Positions 41,248-52,062 of a stretch of 64,000 bases of DNA are shown in pieces (the stretch's first letter is position 1; every line of letters starts with the position of its first letter). This DNA comes from an uncultured Actinomycetota bacterium (lineage in GTDB: Bacteria > Actinomycetota > Actinomycetes > Actinomycetales > CAVURS01), in contig CAVURS010000005.1 of NCBI GenBank assembly GCA_963743975.1, forward strand, positions 497,351-561,350, given 5' to 3'. Below the pieces are notes generated by a model. That model was given only the letters and a program-made list of their open reading frames with translations. It was not told the origin of the DNA and made no database searches. Made by a program: the position numbers and the translations under genes.

Positions 41248-42119
41248 GACCGGTGTCATCCACGACATCGGCTTCCGGCGGTACGACGGACCCCGTCTGG
41301 GCCGGGCGTACCTGCTGCGCTCGCTCTACGTCGAGAGCCTCAAGGGGGCCTACGGCCTGGGCCGCTCGGCCAAGTCGAAGGTGATGCCGATCCTGCTGCT
41401 GGTCGTCGTCGTGCTCCCCGCGCTGATCATCGCGCTGGTCGCCGGGCTGACGCACGCGAGCACGCTCCCGCTGGCCTACACGAGCTACGTCATCGACCTC
41501 AGCACGGCGATCTCGGTCTTCGTCGCGGCGCAGAGCCCGGCCAGCGTCTCCCGCGACCTGCGGTTCAAGGTGATGCCGCTCTACTTCTCCCGGCCGCTGA
41601 GCCGGAGCGACTACGTGCTGGCCAAGTTCGCCGCCATGGCCACCGCCCTCTACGTGCTGATGGCGCTGCCCCTGCTCGCGCTGTACCTGGGCGCGCTGCT
41701 GGGCAAGCTGCCCTTCTGGGCGCAGACCCGCGGGGTGCTCACCGGGCTGGCCGGCGCGGTCCTCCTGGCCCTGGTGCTGGCCGCCATCGGGCTCGCTCGT
41801 CGCCTCCCTCACGCCCCGGCGCGGCTTCGGCGTCGCCGCGATCGTCGTCGTCCTGCTGGTGCTGTCGCTGGTGGGGGGCATCCTGCAGGGGCTGACCCTC
41901 GACGCCGGGCACCCAGGGGCGGCCGGCTACTTCGGCATGGTCTCGCCGTTCATCCTCGTGGACGGCGTCCAGGTCTGGCTGTTCGGGGCGAAGCCCAGCT
42001 CGCCGGCCGGACCGCCCGGCACCCTCGGCGGCGTGGTCTTCCTGGTCGTGAGCCTGGCCGTCGTGGCCGGCTGCTATGCCGTGCTGCAGCTGCGCTACCG
42101 CAAGGTGGCCGCCTCGTGA
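41231..42119 (+). CDS. ABC-2 type permease; one indel near 41795
   Basis: IHDIGFRRYDG, LYFSRPL and multiple TM helices; C-terminus lies in ORF 41859-42119. Confidence 0.88.
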
Positions 42120-43030
42120 GCGCCTCGCTGGTCCTGGACGGGGTGAGCCGCTGGTACGGCAACGTCGTCGCGGTCAACGACGTCTCGATGACGATCGGCC
42201 CGGGCGTCACCGGTCTCCTGGGCCCGAACGGAGCCGGCAAGTCGACGCTGATCCACCTGATGAGCGGCTTCCTGGCGCCGTCGTCCGGCTCGGTCACGCT
42301 CGGGGGCGAGCCCACCTGGCACAACGAGCCGATCTACCGCCGGATCGGTCTGGTCCCCGAGCGCGAGGCGATGTACGACGGCGTCACCGGCTGGGACTTC
42401 GTCGTCGCCAACGCGAAGCTGCAGGGCCTTCCCGACGCGCAGGCCGCCAGCCGCTCGGCCATCGCGACGGTGGACATGCTCGATGCCAAGGACCGGGACA
42501 TCTCGACGTACTCCAAGGGGATGAAGCAGCGGATCAAGATGGCGACCGCGCTGGTTCACGACCCGGAGGTGCTGCTGCTCGACGAGCCGTTCAACGGCAT
42601 GGATCCGCGCCAGCGCCTGCAGCTGATGGACCTGCTCGTGGCGCTGGGGCACGACGGGCGGGTCGTGCTGTTCAGCTCGCACATCCTGGAGGAGGTCGAG
42701 CAGATCGCGGCGAACATCGAGGTCATGGTGGCCGGCCGGCACGCCGCCTCCGGGGACTTCCGCGAGATCCGGCGGCTGATGACCGAACGGCCGCACGAGT
42801 ACACCATCCGCTCCAGCGACGACCGGGCCCTGGCCGCCGCGCTGATCGCCGAGGGCTCGACCTCCGGGGTCCAGCTCGGCGACGGTGAGCTGAGCGTGCA
42901 GGCCTCGGACTACGCGCGCTTCGCGCACCGGCTGCCCGTCCTCGCTCGCGCGCAGGGTGTCCGGCTGTTCGAGGTCTCCCCCGCCGACGAGTCCCTCGAG
43001 AAGGTCTTCTCCTACCTGGTGTCGCGATGA
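42116..43030 (+). CDS. ABC transporter ATP-binding protein
   Basis: GPNGAGKST, YSKGMKQR, LLDEP and SSH; GTGA overlap. Confidence 0.95.
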   Translation: MSASLVLDGVSRWYGNVVAVNDVSMTIGPGVTGLLGPNGAGKSTLIHLMSGFLAPSSGSVTLGGEPTWHNEPIYRRIGLVPEREAMYDGVTGWDFVVANAKLQGLPDAQAASRSAIATVDMLDAKDRDISTYSKGMKQRIKMATALVHDPEVLLLDEPFNGMDPRQRLQLMDLLVALGHDGRVVLFSSHILEEVEQIAANIEVMVAGRHAASGDFREIRRLMTERPHEYTIRSSDDRALAAALIAEGSTSGVQLGDGELSVQASDYARFAHRLPVLARAQGVRLFEVSPADESLEKVFSYLVSR

Positions 43031-43755
43031 ACCCCACCGTGCTGCGGCTCACCTGGCGGAGCCTGCTCGGCCGGCGACGGGCCCTGCTGCTGATGACCTT
43101 GCCGGTGATCCTCGTCCTGCTGGCCGTTGCCGTCCGGCTGGTGCACGGCGAGGACACCACGGCCGCCGTGAACCTGCTGAACGCCTTCTCGATCGGCTTC
43201 CTGGCGCCGCTGATCTGTCTGATCGCGGGCACCGGCGCGATCGGACCGGAGATCGACGACGGCTCGATCGTGTACCTGCTGGCGAAGCCCCTCAGCCGGT
43301 ACGTCATCGTCAACAGCAAGCTCGCCGTGGCCATCGCCGTCTCGACGCTGTTCGCCGCCGTACCAACGCTTCTCGCCGGTCTGATCGTCGCCGGCGGAGC
43401 CTCGCACGTCGCGATCGCGTACGCCGTCGGCGTCCTGGTCGCCGGTGTCGCGTACGGCGCCCTGTTCCTGCTGCTGGCGATCGTGACCCGCAACGCGGTG
43501 GTGATCGGCCTGCTGTACGCGATCGTGTGGGAGACGGTGGTCGGCGGCTACGTGCCCGGTGCCCAGGCGCTCAGCGTCCAGCAGTGGTCGCTCGCGCTGA
43601 CCCGACGCATCGTCGGCAGTGGTGCCGATGACGTGGGAGTGACCGCGGCCGTCGGCGTGCCCACCGGGCTCGTCCTCCTGGTCGTGGTGACCGTGGCCGG
43701 CACCGTCTACGCCGGCCGGCGGCTGCGCAGCATCCGGTTCACCAGCGAGCAGTAG
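43027..43755 (+). CDS. ABC-2 type permease
   Basis: EIDDGSIVYLLAKPLSR and about six TM helices; ATGA overlap. Confidence 0.9.
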   Translation: MNPTVLRLTWRSLLGRRRALLLMTLPVILVLLAVAVRLVHGEDTTAAVNLLNAFSIGFLAPLICLIAGTGAIGPEIDDGSIVYLLAKPLSRYVIVNSKLAVAIAVSTLFAAVPTLLAGLIVAGGASHVAIAYAVGVLVAGVAYGALFLLLAIVTRNAVVIGLLYAIVWETVVGGYVPGAQALSVQQWSLALTRRIVGSGADDVGVTAAVGVPTGLVLLVVVTVAGTVYAGRRLRSIRFTSEQ

Positions 43756-43767
43756 GCCCCCGCTCGC

Positions 43768-44655
43768 CTAGACCGTCAGCGCGTCGTGCATCGCCCGAAC
43801 GTGCTCCGGCGTCGAGCCGCAACACGCCCCGATCAGGTCGATGCCGGTGTCGTGCAGCCGGATGGCGTGCTCGGCCAGCTCCTGGGGCGGGGCGTCGTAC
43901 TCGAAGTGGTCGCCCACCAGCTGCGGCAGACCGGCGTTGGTCTGGGCGATGAGCAGGAGTCCCTCCGGGCGGGCGCTGACCAGGGCGGCGGCGATCGTCT
44001 CCATCTCCTCCGGCCCGCGACCGCAGTTCGCCCCGACGGCGTCGACGCCGATCGCGCTCAGGGCCTCGACGGCCCGCCCGGGAGACACGCCCATCATCGA
44101 GTGCAGGTTCGTGTCGAAGCTCAGCGTCGCGATGACCGGCAGGTCGGGCGCCACGCGACGCGCCGCCTCGACCGCCGCCGTGACCTCCCCGAGGTCGCTC
44201 ATGGTCTCGATGAGCACGACGTCGATGCCCCCCGCGACCAGTGCACGCAGCTGCTCCTCGAAGATCTCCCGAGCCTCGTCGGGGGTCATCGTCCCCATCG
44301 GCTCGAGCAGCTCCCCGGTCGGTCCGAGGTCACCGGCGACCAGCAGCCCGTGTGCGTCGGCGACCTGCCGGGCGATCCGCGCCGCCGCCTCGTTCAGCTC
44401 GCTCACCCGCTCCCCTGCGCCCTGCAGGTCCAGGCGGGGCCGGGTGCCACCGAACGTGTTGGTGGTCAGGAACGTGGCTCCGGCCGCGGCGTACTGCTCG
44501 TGGATCTCCCGGACCGCATCCGGACGCTCGACGTTCCACAGCTCGCCGCTGCCACCGTCCTCCAGCCCCCGCTCCTGGAGGAGCGTGCCCATCCCGCCGT
44601 CGAACAGGACGAGGTCGCGGCCCTCGAGCAGGCGGGAGAGTCGGTTCTCGGTCAC
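43768..44655 (-). CDS. Stand-alone homocysteine S-methyltransferase domain protein
   Basis: DGGMGT, TNTFG, IETMSD, Zn ligands GANCG and GACCG, NAGLP. Confidence 0.93.
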   Translation of the reverse strand: MTENRLSRLLEGRDLVLFDGGMGTLLQERGLEDGGSGELWNVERPDAVREIHEQYAAAGATFLTTNTFGGTRPRLDLQGAGERVSELNEAAARIARQVADAHGLLVAGDLGPTGELLEPMGTMTPDEAREIFEEQLRALVAGGIDVVLIETMSDLGEVTAAVEAARRVAPDLPVIATLSFDTNLHSMMGVSPGRAVEALSAIGVDAVGANCGRGPEEMETIAAALVSARPEGLLLIAQTNAGLPQLVGDHFEYDAPPQELAEHAIRLHDTGIDLIGACCGSTPEHVRAMHDALTV

Positions 44656-44776
44656 CTGCGCGATGCTATCCGCCGGGTCCCACTGCCCCTCGCACCACGC
44701 GCGACCACCGCTCGCCCAACGCTGTCAGAGGCGGCCTCCATCATCGTCGGAAAGACGGCATCTCTGGAGGAAAAGG

Positions 44777-45208
44777 ATGAAGCTTCTGGTCGCCACCGAC
44801 CTCACGCAGGGCTTCGCACCGAACGACTTCCACGCCTGCGTCGAGGGCGAGCTCGTGATGATGCAGGAGCCCTGCGCCATCGACCGGTCGGACCCCGACG
44901 GCGGCTGTGGCTGCGGCCGGGCGTTCGCCGGGCTCAGCTCCCACCGGGCCACGACGACCGCGCTCGTCAGGGACCTCGACCTGTCCCTGTCCGACGTGCG
45001 CGCAGCAGTCCTGGGCTACCTGGAGTCGGCCGGCTGGCTGACCCTGGTCACCGAGCAGGACCGTCGCCGGCTGGTCGACGAGGTCACCACCTCGCTCGTC
45101 CTCATGGGCGACGACTACCCCGAGGGCACGGTCCTCACCCGCCGGCTCGACTACCTGGTGCCCCGGCCCCGGCCACCGTTCCGGGCGTCGTACCGTGCCG
45201 CGGGCTGA
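44777..45208 (+). CDS. Cys-rich conserved actinobacterial hypothetical protein (DUF7715-like)
   Basis: MKLLVAT..TQG...NDF..CVEGELV...DPDGGCGCGRAFAGLSSHRATTTA; SD GGAGG. Confidence 0.8.
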   Translation: MKLLVATDLTQGFAPNDFHACVEGELVMMQEPCAIDRSDPDGGCGCGRAFAGLSSHRATTTALVRDLDLSLSDVRAAVLGYLESAGWLTLVTEQDRRRLVDEVTTSLVLMGDDYPEGTVLTRRLDYLVPRPRPPFRASYRAAG

Positions 45209-45218
45209 GCCCCGCCGG

Positions 45219-45485
45219 TCAGCAGTCCGGCAGGTGATCCAGGCTGTTGGCCAGCACCGACTCCGGGCCGGAGCGGATCGTCCTCACCCCGCAGTAGCAG
45301 TCGTACGACCGGACGGAGGCGACCCGCCCGGCCCCGGAGGTGAAGTAGGAGTCCCCCTGGCTGATCCGGAAGCGCACGGTCTCGACCGTCTGCACCCGCC
45401 CGTCGCTCAGACCCACGGACAGGACGTGCTGGTGGCCGTCCGCGCTCGGTCGCGACCGGCTCGCACAGGTGATCTCGTGCGCCAT
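45219..45485 (-). CDS. DUF3892-like small protein
   Basis: ITC...HQHV...I..GDSYFT...IRS......NSLDHLPDC C-terminal pattern. Confidence 0.7.
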   Translation of the reverse strand: MAHEITCASRSRPSADGHQHVLSVGLSDGRVQTVETVRFRISQGDSYFTSGAGRVASVRSYDCYCGVRTIRSGPESVLANSLDHLPDC

Positions 45486-45531
45486 GGCGAGCATCATCGC
45501 GCCGGAGCCGGGCGCGGGCCACCGACTGGGT

Positions 45532-45938
45532 GCGGATGAGCCGGTCTGTACGCCGGGTCCTGTCCCCGAGCGCGGTCGCCCGCACCCGGGTGGCGGCCAT
45601 CCATCTCGGCGTGCCGTTGCCGACACGCTCTAGCGACCTACCCGCACGCTCGGGCGGGCCGCCCTCGAACGCGTGCTGTCTGGTCTTGCTCCAGGTGGGG
45701 TTTACCGAGCCGTGCCGGTCACCCGGCACGCTGGTGGTCTCTTACACCACCGTTTCACCCTTACCGCAGCCTGCCTCGCGACCGGCTGCGGCGGTCTGTT
45801 CTCTGTGGCACTGTCCCGCGGGTCACCCCGGGTGGGCGTTACCCACCACCTTGCCCTACGGAGCCCGGACGTTCCTCGGCATCGCCCCGCCGGTCTCCCG
45901 GCACAGCGCTGACGCGGCCGCCCGACCGACTCATCCGC
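45532..45938 (-). ncRNA. rnpB: RNase P RNA, type A
   Basis: Minus strand has the P1 pairing GCGGATGAGTCGGTC / GACCGGCTCATCCGC and conserved segments GAGGAACGTCCGGGCTC, AGTGCCACAGA, GGTAAGGGTGAAACGGTGGTGTAAGAGACCACC, GGTAAACCCCAC and GACAGGACCCGGCGTA; -10 TACGCT upstream. Confidence 0.96.
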
Positions 45939-46046
45939 AGAAGGCAGCGTAGTGGTCGGGCGGCCGTGCCCGGGTCGAAGTTCGGAGCGAATACACAGGC
46001 AGCCCCGCTGGCAAGACCCACACCAAGTCCTTACCGTTGCTTTTCG

Positions 46047-47303
46047 ATGACACCCTCGACATCACCTCCGCTGTCCACGCCATCGACCCTTTCCAGGCCG
46101 GAGCCGGCCCTTCCCGGGCCGCTCCCCGCCGGGTCGGTCCTGGCCCATGTCGGCATCCACAAGACCGGGACGACCGCCCTCCAGTCGGTCCTGGCCCTCC
46201 AGCGAGAGACCCTGCGTGAGCACGGCGTGCTCTACCCCGGCCACGCGGAGAACCACCACCGGCCGGCGATGGCCCTGTCGGGGACACGCTGGGGAGCGGT
46301 GGAGAGGGAGGGCCGGCCGGTCCCCGCCGAGCTCTGGTCCGACCTGGTGGCCGAGGTCCGCGGCTGCGGTGACCGCGTGGTCATCAGCAGCGAGTTCTTC
46401 GGCGACGTCCGTGGCGCGCACGGCGAGCAGCTGCGCGACGACCTCGGCCCGGACCGGGTGCACGTGGTCCTGGGCGTCCGCCCCTTGCCGCTCGTCCTCG
46501 CCTCCGCCTGGCAACAGACCCTGAAGCGGGGCCGCCGGCACACCTTCGACCACTGGCTGCAACGGGTCTACCTCGGCTCCCGGGAGGGCAACCCCCGCGC
46601 GTTCTGGAGCCGGTACAGCTACGGCGCCGCCGTCCGCCGCTGGAGCGAGTGGGTCGGCCCGGAGCGCGTCAACGTCGTCGTCCTCGACGACGACGACCAC
46701 ACCTGGCAGCCGCGCGCGTTCGAGGCGCTGCTCGGGCTGCCCTCCGGCGTGATCACCGGTGTCGAGCCGGCCCGCCTCAACCGCAGCCTCACGGCCGCCG
46801 AGGCCGAGGGGCTGCGCCGGACCAACGAGCTGAGCGCCACCTTCCTCGAGTGGCCGCTGTACGAGCCGCTGGTGCGCAACGGCGGCGTGCTGCGGATGGT
46901 GGAGAACCGCACGGTCGACCCGGCCGAGGACCGCATCGCCGTCCCCGACTGGGCCGTGCAGCACGCCGTCGACGAGGGACGCACGGCCGTCGAGGAGATC
47001 AGCGCGTCCGGGGTCCGGGTCATCGGCCGGCTCGAGCTGCTGGGACAGGTCCCGCGGCGGATGGCCGAGCGTCCGCTGTCCGCCGAGGAGGCCACGGCGG
47101 TGAACCGGCCGCCGAGCGTCCCGCTCGAGGCGTTCGCGCAGGCGCTGGCGGGCACGCTGGCCGCGTCCGTGACGCACGGAGTGCGCCCGACACAGCCCTC
47201 CGGACCCGAAGGCGAGCTGATCAAGGACACGTCGGCTCCCGACCTCGTCCGCGTGCTGGCCGATCGGGTCAAGCGGCGGATCGCGAGGCGGCTGCACCGC
47301 TGA
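46047..47303 (+). CDS. Sulfotransferase-like P-loop protein
   Basis: HVGIHKTGTTALQ, VISSEFF, R......SAWQQ and NRSL. Confidence 0.75.
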   Translation: MTPSTSPPLSTPSTLSRPEPALPGPLPAGSVLAHVGIHKTGTTALQSVLALQRETLREHGVLYPGHAENHHRPAMALSGTRWGAVEREGRPVPAELWSDLVAEVRGCGDRVVISSEFFGDVRGAHGEQLRDDLGPDRVHVVLGVRPLPLVLASAWQQTLKRGRRHTFDHWLQRVYLGSREGNPRAFWSRYSYGAAVRRWSEWVGPERVNVVVLDDDDHTWQPRAFEALLGLPSGVITGVEPARLNRSLTAAEAEGLRRTNELSATFLEWPLYEPLVRNGGVLRMVENRTVDPAEDRIAVPDWAVQHAVDEGRTAVEEISASGVRVIGRLELLGQVPRRMAERPLSAEEATAVNRPPSVPLEAFAQALAGTLAASVTHGVRPTQPSGPEGELIKDTSAPDLVRVLADRVKRRIARRLHR

Positions 47304-47318
47304 GCCGCCCCAGGCGGC

Positions 47319-48767
47319 TCAGGCCGGCGCGAACCGGACCGTCCGCGTGGCCACGTCGGCGACGACGAGCCGGACACTGATCGACGTCCCGAGCTCGACC
47401 GGCCCCGTGACCGCGGCCAGCACCGCGGGGTCGGCGATCTGCACCAGGCCGTCGCCGTCGTGGTGGACGTCGACGACGACCGCCGGGAACGTCGCTCCGA
47501 CGTGCGGCGCGAGCACCGCGGCCTCCACGGCATCGGTCGACGCCCGCTCCAGCTCCCCGGCGACGCGGTCGGACTCGGCCATGACGGCCGGCAGGCTGGG
47601 CAGCGCCTCTCGCGCCCACGACGGCACCTCCACGCCGCGGCACAGCGCCTCGCAGACCACCAGCCCGAACCGGTCGACCAGCCGGCGCAGCGGGGCGGTG
47701 ACGTGGGCGTACGGCGCCGCGACCGCTGCGTGCTCCGAGCGCTCCGGCATGTCACCCACGAACGGCGTGTACCCGGCACCGCGGAAGAGCACGGCCGCCT
47801 CGTGCACGATGGCCAGCGAGCGCGGGTCGCTGCGGTCCAGCGTGCGCAGGAACGCGCCGTACGACAGCTCGGCCGGCCAGCGGGCACCGAGCGCCGCGGC
47901 CTGGCGGTGGAACCGGGCCAGCGCAAAGCGGTCCGGCCCGGGCATCGTTCGCAGCACGCCCACCTGGCCGCCGAGCATCATGTCCGCGGCCACCATCCCC
48001 GTCAGCAGCGAGATCTGGGCGTTCCAGTCCTCGACCGGGAGGGCCGGGCGGAAGCGCAGCCGGTACGCGCCGTCCTCCAGCCGCACCTCCTGCTGCGGGA
48101 TGGGCAGGCTCGCGCCCCCGCGGGCCTGCTCCAGCGCCAGCCGTCGCTCCCCGATCTCCTTCAGCACCGCGAAGCGCTCGTCCACCGAGTCCGCGTCGAG
48201 CGCGGACTGGACCTGGCCGTAGTCCAGCCGGTCGACGCTGCGCACCATCGCCAGGCGCACCTCGGCGTCGACGTCCTCGCCGTCGGCGTCCAGCGCGATG
48301 TCCCAGACGTACGCCGGGCGCACCTGGCCGGGCAGCAGGCTCGCCGCCCCCTCGCTGAGCACGCCGGGATGCAGCAGCACCCGCTGGTCGGGTGCGTAGA
48401 GGGTCTGCCCGCGACGCCGGGCCTCGACATCGACCGGGCCCCCGACCGGCACGAACGCGGGCAGGTCGGCGATCGCGTAGCGGACCCGGTAGCCGCGCGG
48501 TGTCCGCTCCAGGTGCATCGCCTGGTCCAGGTCCTTCGAGCCCGGCGGGTCGATGGTGAAGAACGGGACGTCGGTCAGGTCGGTCACCGGGAGCACGGGA
48601 TGGGCGGCGGCCTCGGCCGCGGCGGCGGCGACCTCGGGCGGGAAGTCCTGCGGGATCTCCAGCTCGGCGCGGATCCTGGCGAACGCCCCGGCGAGCAGCC
48701 CGGACGGGACCGAGCCGCTGTCTGCCGCTTCGGGCGCCCGCGGCATCGTGATCATCCGCAGCGGCAT
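47319..48767 (-). CDS. RNB-domain (RNase II/R family) ribonuclease
   Basis: FTIDPPGSKDLDQAM, YAIAD, RRGQTLY and YAHVTAPLRRLVDR. Confidence 0.93.
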   Translation of the reverse strand: MPLRMITMPRAPEAADSGSVPSGLLAGAFARIRAELEIPQDFPPEVAAAAAEAAAHPVLPVTDLTDVPFFTIDPPGSKDLDQAMHLERTPRGYRVRYAIADLPAFVPVGGPVDVEARRRGQTLYAPDQRVLLHPGVLSEGAASLLPGQVRPAYVWDIALDADGEDVDAEVRLAMVRSVDRLDYGQVQSALDADSVDERFAVLKEIGERRLALEQARGGASLPIPQQEVRLEDGAYRLRFRPALPVEDWNAQISLLTGMVAADMMLGGQVGVLRTMPGPDRFALARFHRQAAALGARWPAELSYGAFLRTLDRSDPRSLAIVHEAAVLFRGAGYTPFVGDMPERSEHAAVAAPYAHVTAPLRRLVDRFGLVVCEALCRGVEVPSWAREALPSLPAVMAESDRVAGELERASTDAVEAAVLAPHVGATFPAVVVDVHHDGDGLVQIADPAVLAAVTGPVELGTSISVRLVVADVATRTVRFAPA

Positions 48768-48829
48768 GGGGCAACCCTACGCAGGGTCCGGGGACGCCGC
48801 CGGGGCGTCGCACCCCTAGCCTGCTCATC

Positions 48830-49610
48830 GTGCTCGTCCTCCTGCCGCCCTCGGAGGGCAAGGCACCGCCGCCCCGGCGCGGCGCCGGCCTGGACCTCGG
48901 CCGGCTGTCCTTCCCCGCGCTGACGCCGGCCCGCGAGCAGCTGCTGGACCTGCTGGCCGCGACCAGTGAGCGTCCCGATGCGCTGACCCGGCTCGGTGTC
49001 GGCGAGTCACTGCGGTCGGAGGTCGTCGCCAACACCCGCCTGCGCACGACACCGGCCCGGCCGGCCTCGACGGTCTTCACCGGGGTGCTGTACGAGGCCC
49101 TCGACCCGGCCGGCCTCGACCCGGCGGCCCGTCGCCGGGCGGCCCGCGACGTCGTGGTGTTCTCGGCCCTGTGGGGCGCGCTGCGGCTGGGTGACCGCAT
49201 CCCGCCGTACCGGCTGCCGGTCACCGCCGAGCTGCCCGGTCTCGGGCCCCTGGCCGCCTGGTGGCGGCCCCGGCTGCGCGAGCCGCTGGACGACGCCGCG
49301 CGGCGCGGGCTCGTCGTCGACTGCCGGTCCTCCGGGCTACGCCGCGATGTGGACACCGTCCGTCGAGGAGGCCGAGCGCTGGGTCAGCGTCCGCGTCCTG
49401 CGCGAGGTGGCGGGCCGGCGCAGCGTGGTCTCCCACCTGGCGAAGCTCACCCGTGGGTCCGTGGCGCGGCACCTGCTCTCCTCGGGACGGACCCCCCGCA
49501 CGCCGGAGCAGCTGGCCGACGTGGCCGGTCGTCATCTCCCCGTGGAGCTGACCGAGCCGGTCCGCCGCGGGCGGCCATGGACCCTCGACGTCGTGCTGAG
49601 CGAGGGCTGA
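48830..49610 (+). CDS. yaaA: Peroxide stress protein YaaA family; one indel
   Basis: LLPPSEGK, FTGVLYEAL, SALWG, PPYRL, DCRS..Y and VSHLAKLTRG. Confidence 0.88.
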
Positions 49611-49613
49611 CCG

Positions 49614-50769
49614 ATGTGGTGGGCGTCCCTCGTCGCTGCCGCTCTGGCGCTGGCCACCCGGCTGCTCCCGGTCGGTGACGCGGGCAGCATCCTGCGCCGG
49701 ATCGGGCCGGTGCTGCTGTTCCTCGTGGCGATCACCGTGGTGGCCCAGCTGGCCCAGAGCGCCGGGGTCTTCGACGCTGCGGCCCGCCTCGCGGCACGCG
49801 CCGGCCGCGGCCGCACCTGGGCCCTGTGGCTGCTGATGGTGCTGATCGCCACGATCTCCACGATCGTCCTGTCGCTCGACACCACCGCGGTGCTGCTGAC
49901 CCCCGTGGCGCTGGCTCTCGCCGTCCAGGTGCGGCGTCTCCCCCGCGCTGTTCGCGATGACGACGGTCTGGCTGGCCAACACCGCCTCCCTGTTGCTCCC
50001 GGTGTCGAACCTGACCAATCTGCTGGCGCTGCACCGTTTTCAGGCGCTCGGGCTGAGCCTCGCCGACTACGTCTCGATCACCTGGCTGCCGGCCCTGGTG
50101 TCGGTGCTCGTCACGGTGGCCGTGCTCGCGCTGATGTTCCGGCGCGACCTGTCCGGCCGGTACCTCCCCGCCGAGCCGCTGGTCGTCCCCGACCGCGTGC
50201 TGCTCTGGTCCGCCGCCGCGGTCTGCCTGGCGCTGGGGCCCGCCTTCGCCACCGGGATCCAGCCCGCGTGGCCCGCCACGGTCGCGGCCGTCCTGCTCGT
50301 GGCCCTGTTCGCCGTACGCCGCCCGTCCGACCTGCACGCCTCGCACGTGCCCTGGCGGCTCGTCCTGCTCGTCGTCGGCCTGTTCCTCGTCGTGCAGACC
50401 CTGCAGGTGCACGGGCTCCCGGACCAGCTGTCCCGCGTCGCGGGCGCCGGCGAGACCTGGCCCGACCACCTCCGGCTGACCGCGACCGGGGCGGTGAGCG
50501 CGAACGTCGTGGACAACCTGCCGGCCTACCTCGCCCTGGAGCCGGTCGCCGACGGCTCCCCGGGTCGCCTGGTCGCCCTGCTGATCGGCGTGAACTGCGG
50601 CCCGCTGCTGACCCTCTGGGCCTCGCTGGCCACGCTCCTGTGGCGGGAGCGTTGTGCGGCGGCCGGTGTCGAGGTCTCGGCCCGGCGGTTCCTGGTCCGG
50701 GGCGCGGTGCTGGTGCCGATCGTCCTGGTGGCGACGACGGCCGCCCTCTCCCTGAGCCTCACGACCTAG
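49614..50769 (+). CDS. ArsB/NhaD (ion transporter superfamily) permease; one indel
   Basis: LSLDTTAVLLTPV, ANTASLLLPVSNLTN, NLPAYLAL and GVNCGP...SLATLLW. Confidence 0.88.
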
Positions 50770-50815
50770 GCCCCTCACGACCAGGCCCGCGGCGAGACCC
50801 CGGGTCACGACGTCC

Positions 50816-52062
50816 TCAGACCGCAGCCAGCGCCTGCTCGAGGTCGGCCAGCAGGTCCGCCGGGTCCTCGAGCCCGACCGAGATGCGCACGACGCCGTCG
50901 GTGATGCCGATCGCCAGCCGGGCCTGCGGGCCCGAGCCGCCGGTGGGTGGTCGTCGCCGGGTGGGTGATGAGGGACTTGGAGTCGCCGAGGTTGTTGGAG
51001 ATGTCGATGATCTGGAGCGCGTCGAGCAGCCGGAACGCCTCGCTCTTGCCGCCGTCCAGCTCGAGGGTGACGACCGTGCCGCCCGCCGCCATCTGCTTCT
51101 CGGCCAGGGCGCGTTGCGGGTGCGAGTCGAGGAAGGGGTAGCGGACCGGTCGAGATCTTCGGGTGCCGTTCCAGCCACTCGGCCACGATCCGCAGCGCGG
51201 ACGACGCTGGCCTTGTCCACCCGCATGCTCAAGGTCTCCAGGCCCTTGGTCAGCACCCAGGCGTTGAACGGGCTCATCGAGGGCCCGGTGTGGCGCATCA
51301 GGTTCTGCACCGGCTCCCGGATGAACTCCTCGGGCCCGAGGATGGCACCCCCGAGGGTGCGCCCCTGTCCGTCGATGTGCTTGGTGGTGGAGTAGACGAC
51401 GATGTCCGCGCCGAGGTCCATCGGTCGCTGCAGGACGGGGGTGGCGAAGACGTTGTCGACGACCACCTGGGCGCCGGCCGCGTGCGCCAGCTCGCAGACC
51501 GCCGCGCACGTCGACGATCTCCTGCATGGGGTTCGACGGCGACTCGAAGAACACCGCCGTGGTCGGGACGGAGAGCGCCTCACGCCACTGGTCCAGGTCG
51601 GCGCCGTCGACGAACACCGACTCGCACCCCCCAGCGCGGCAGGATCTCGTCGAGGATGACGAAGCACGAGCCGAACAGGCTCCGCGCCGCGACGACCCGG
51701 TCGCCGTTGCCGAGCAGCGCCGCCAGTGCCGTGAAGACGGCGGCCATGCCGGTGGCCGTCGCGAAGCACGCCGGCGCTCCCTCGATCAGGCGCAGCCGCT
51801 CCTCGAACGTGGCGACCGTCGGGTTGCCGTACCGCGAGTAGACGTACCGCTCGATGTCGCCCGCGAACGCCGCCTCCGCCTCGGCCGCGCTGCCGTAGAC
51901 GTAGCCCGAGGTGAGGAACAGCGCCTCGGCCGTCTCGTCGAAACGGCTGCGCTGCAGGCCGCCACGTACGGCGATCGTGTCCGGGCGCCAGGAGGCCGTC
52001 GGCGTTTCGGGGTTCGAGCCGCCGGGCGAACCTGCCCCCGCGTCGCCCGGGTGATCGCTCAT
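50816..52062 (-). CDS. metZ: O-succinylhomoserine sulfhydrylase; indels
   Basis: ETAEALFLTSGYVY, YSRYGNPT, ESPSNP, VDNVFATP, PLP Lys in STTKHIDGQGR, SNNLGDSKS and RISVGLE. Confidence 0.92.

Noticed and set aside
41231-43030. Apparent permease-ATPase fusion (599 aa)
   Set aside because: One indel near 41795; the true permease C-terminus ends at 42119 and overlaps the ATPase GTG.
48520-48560. RNB catalytic motif DLDQ instead of DLDD as a sign of inactivation
   Set aside because: The essential Asp is retained, and this variant appears typical of actinobacterial RNB proteins.
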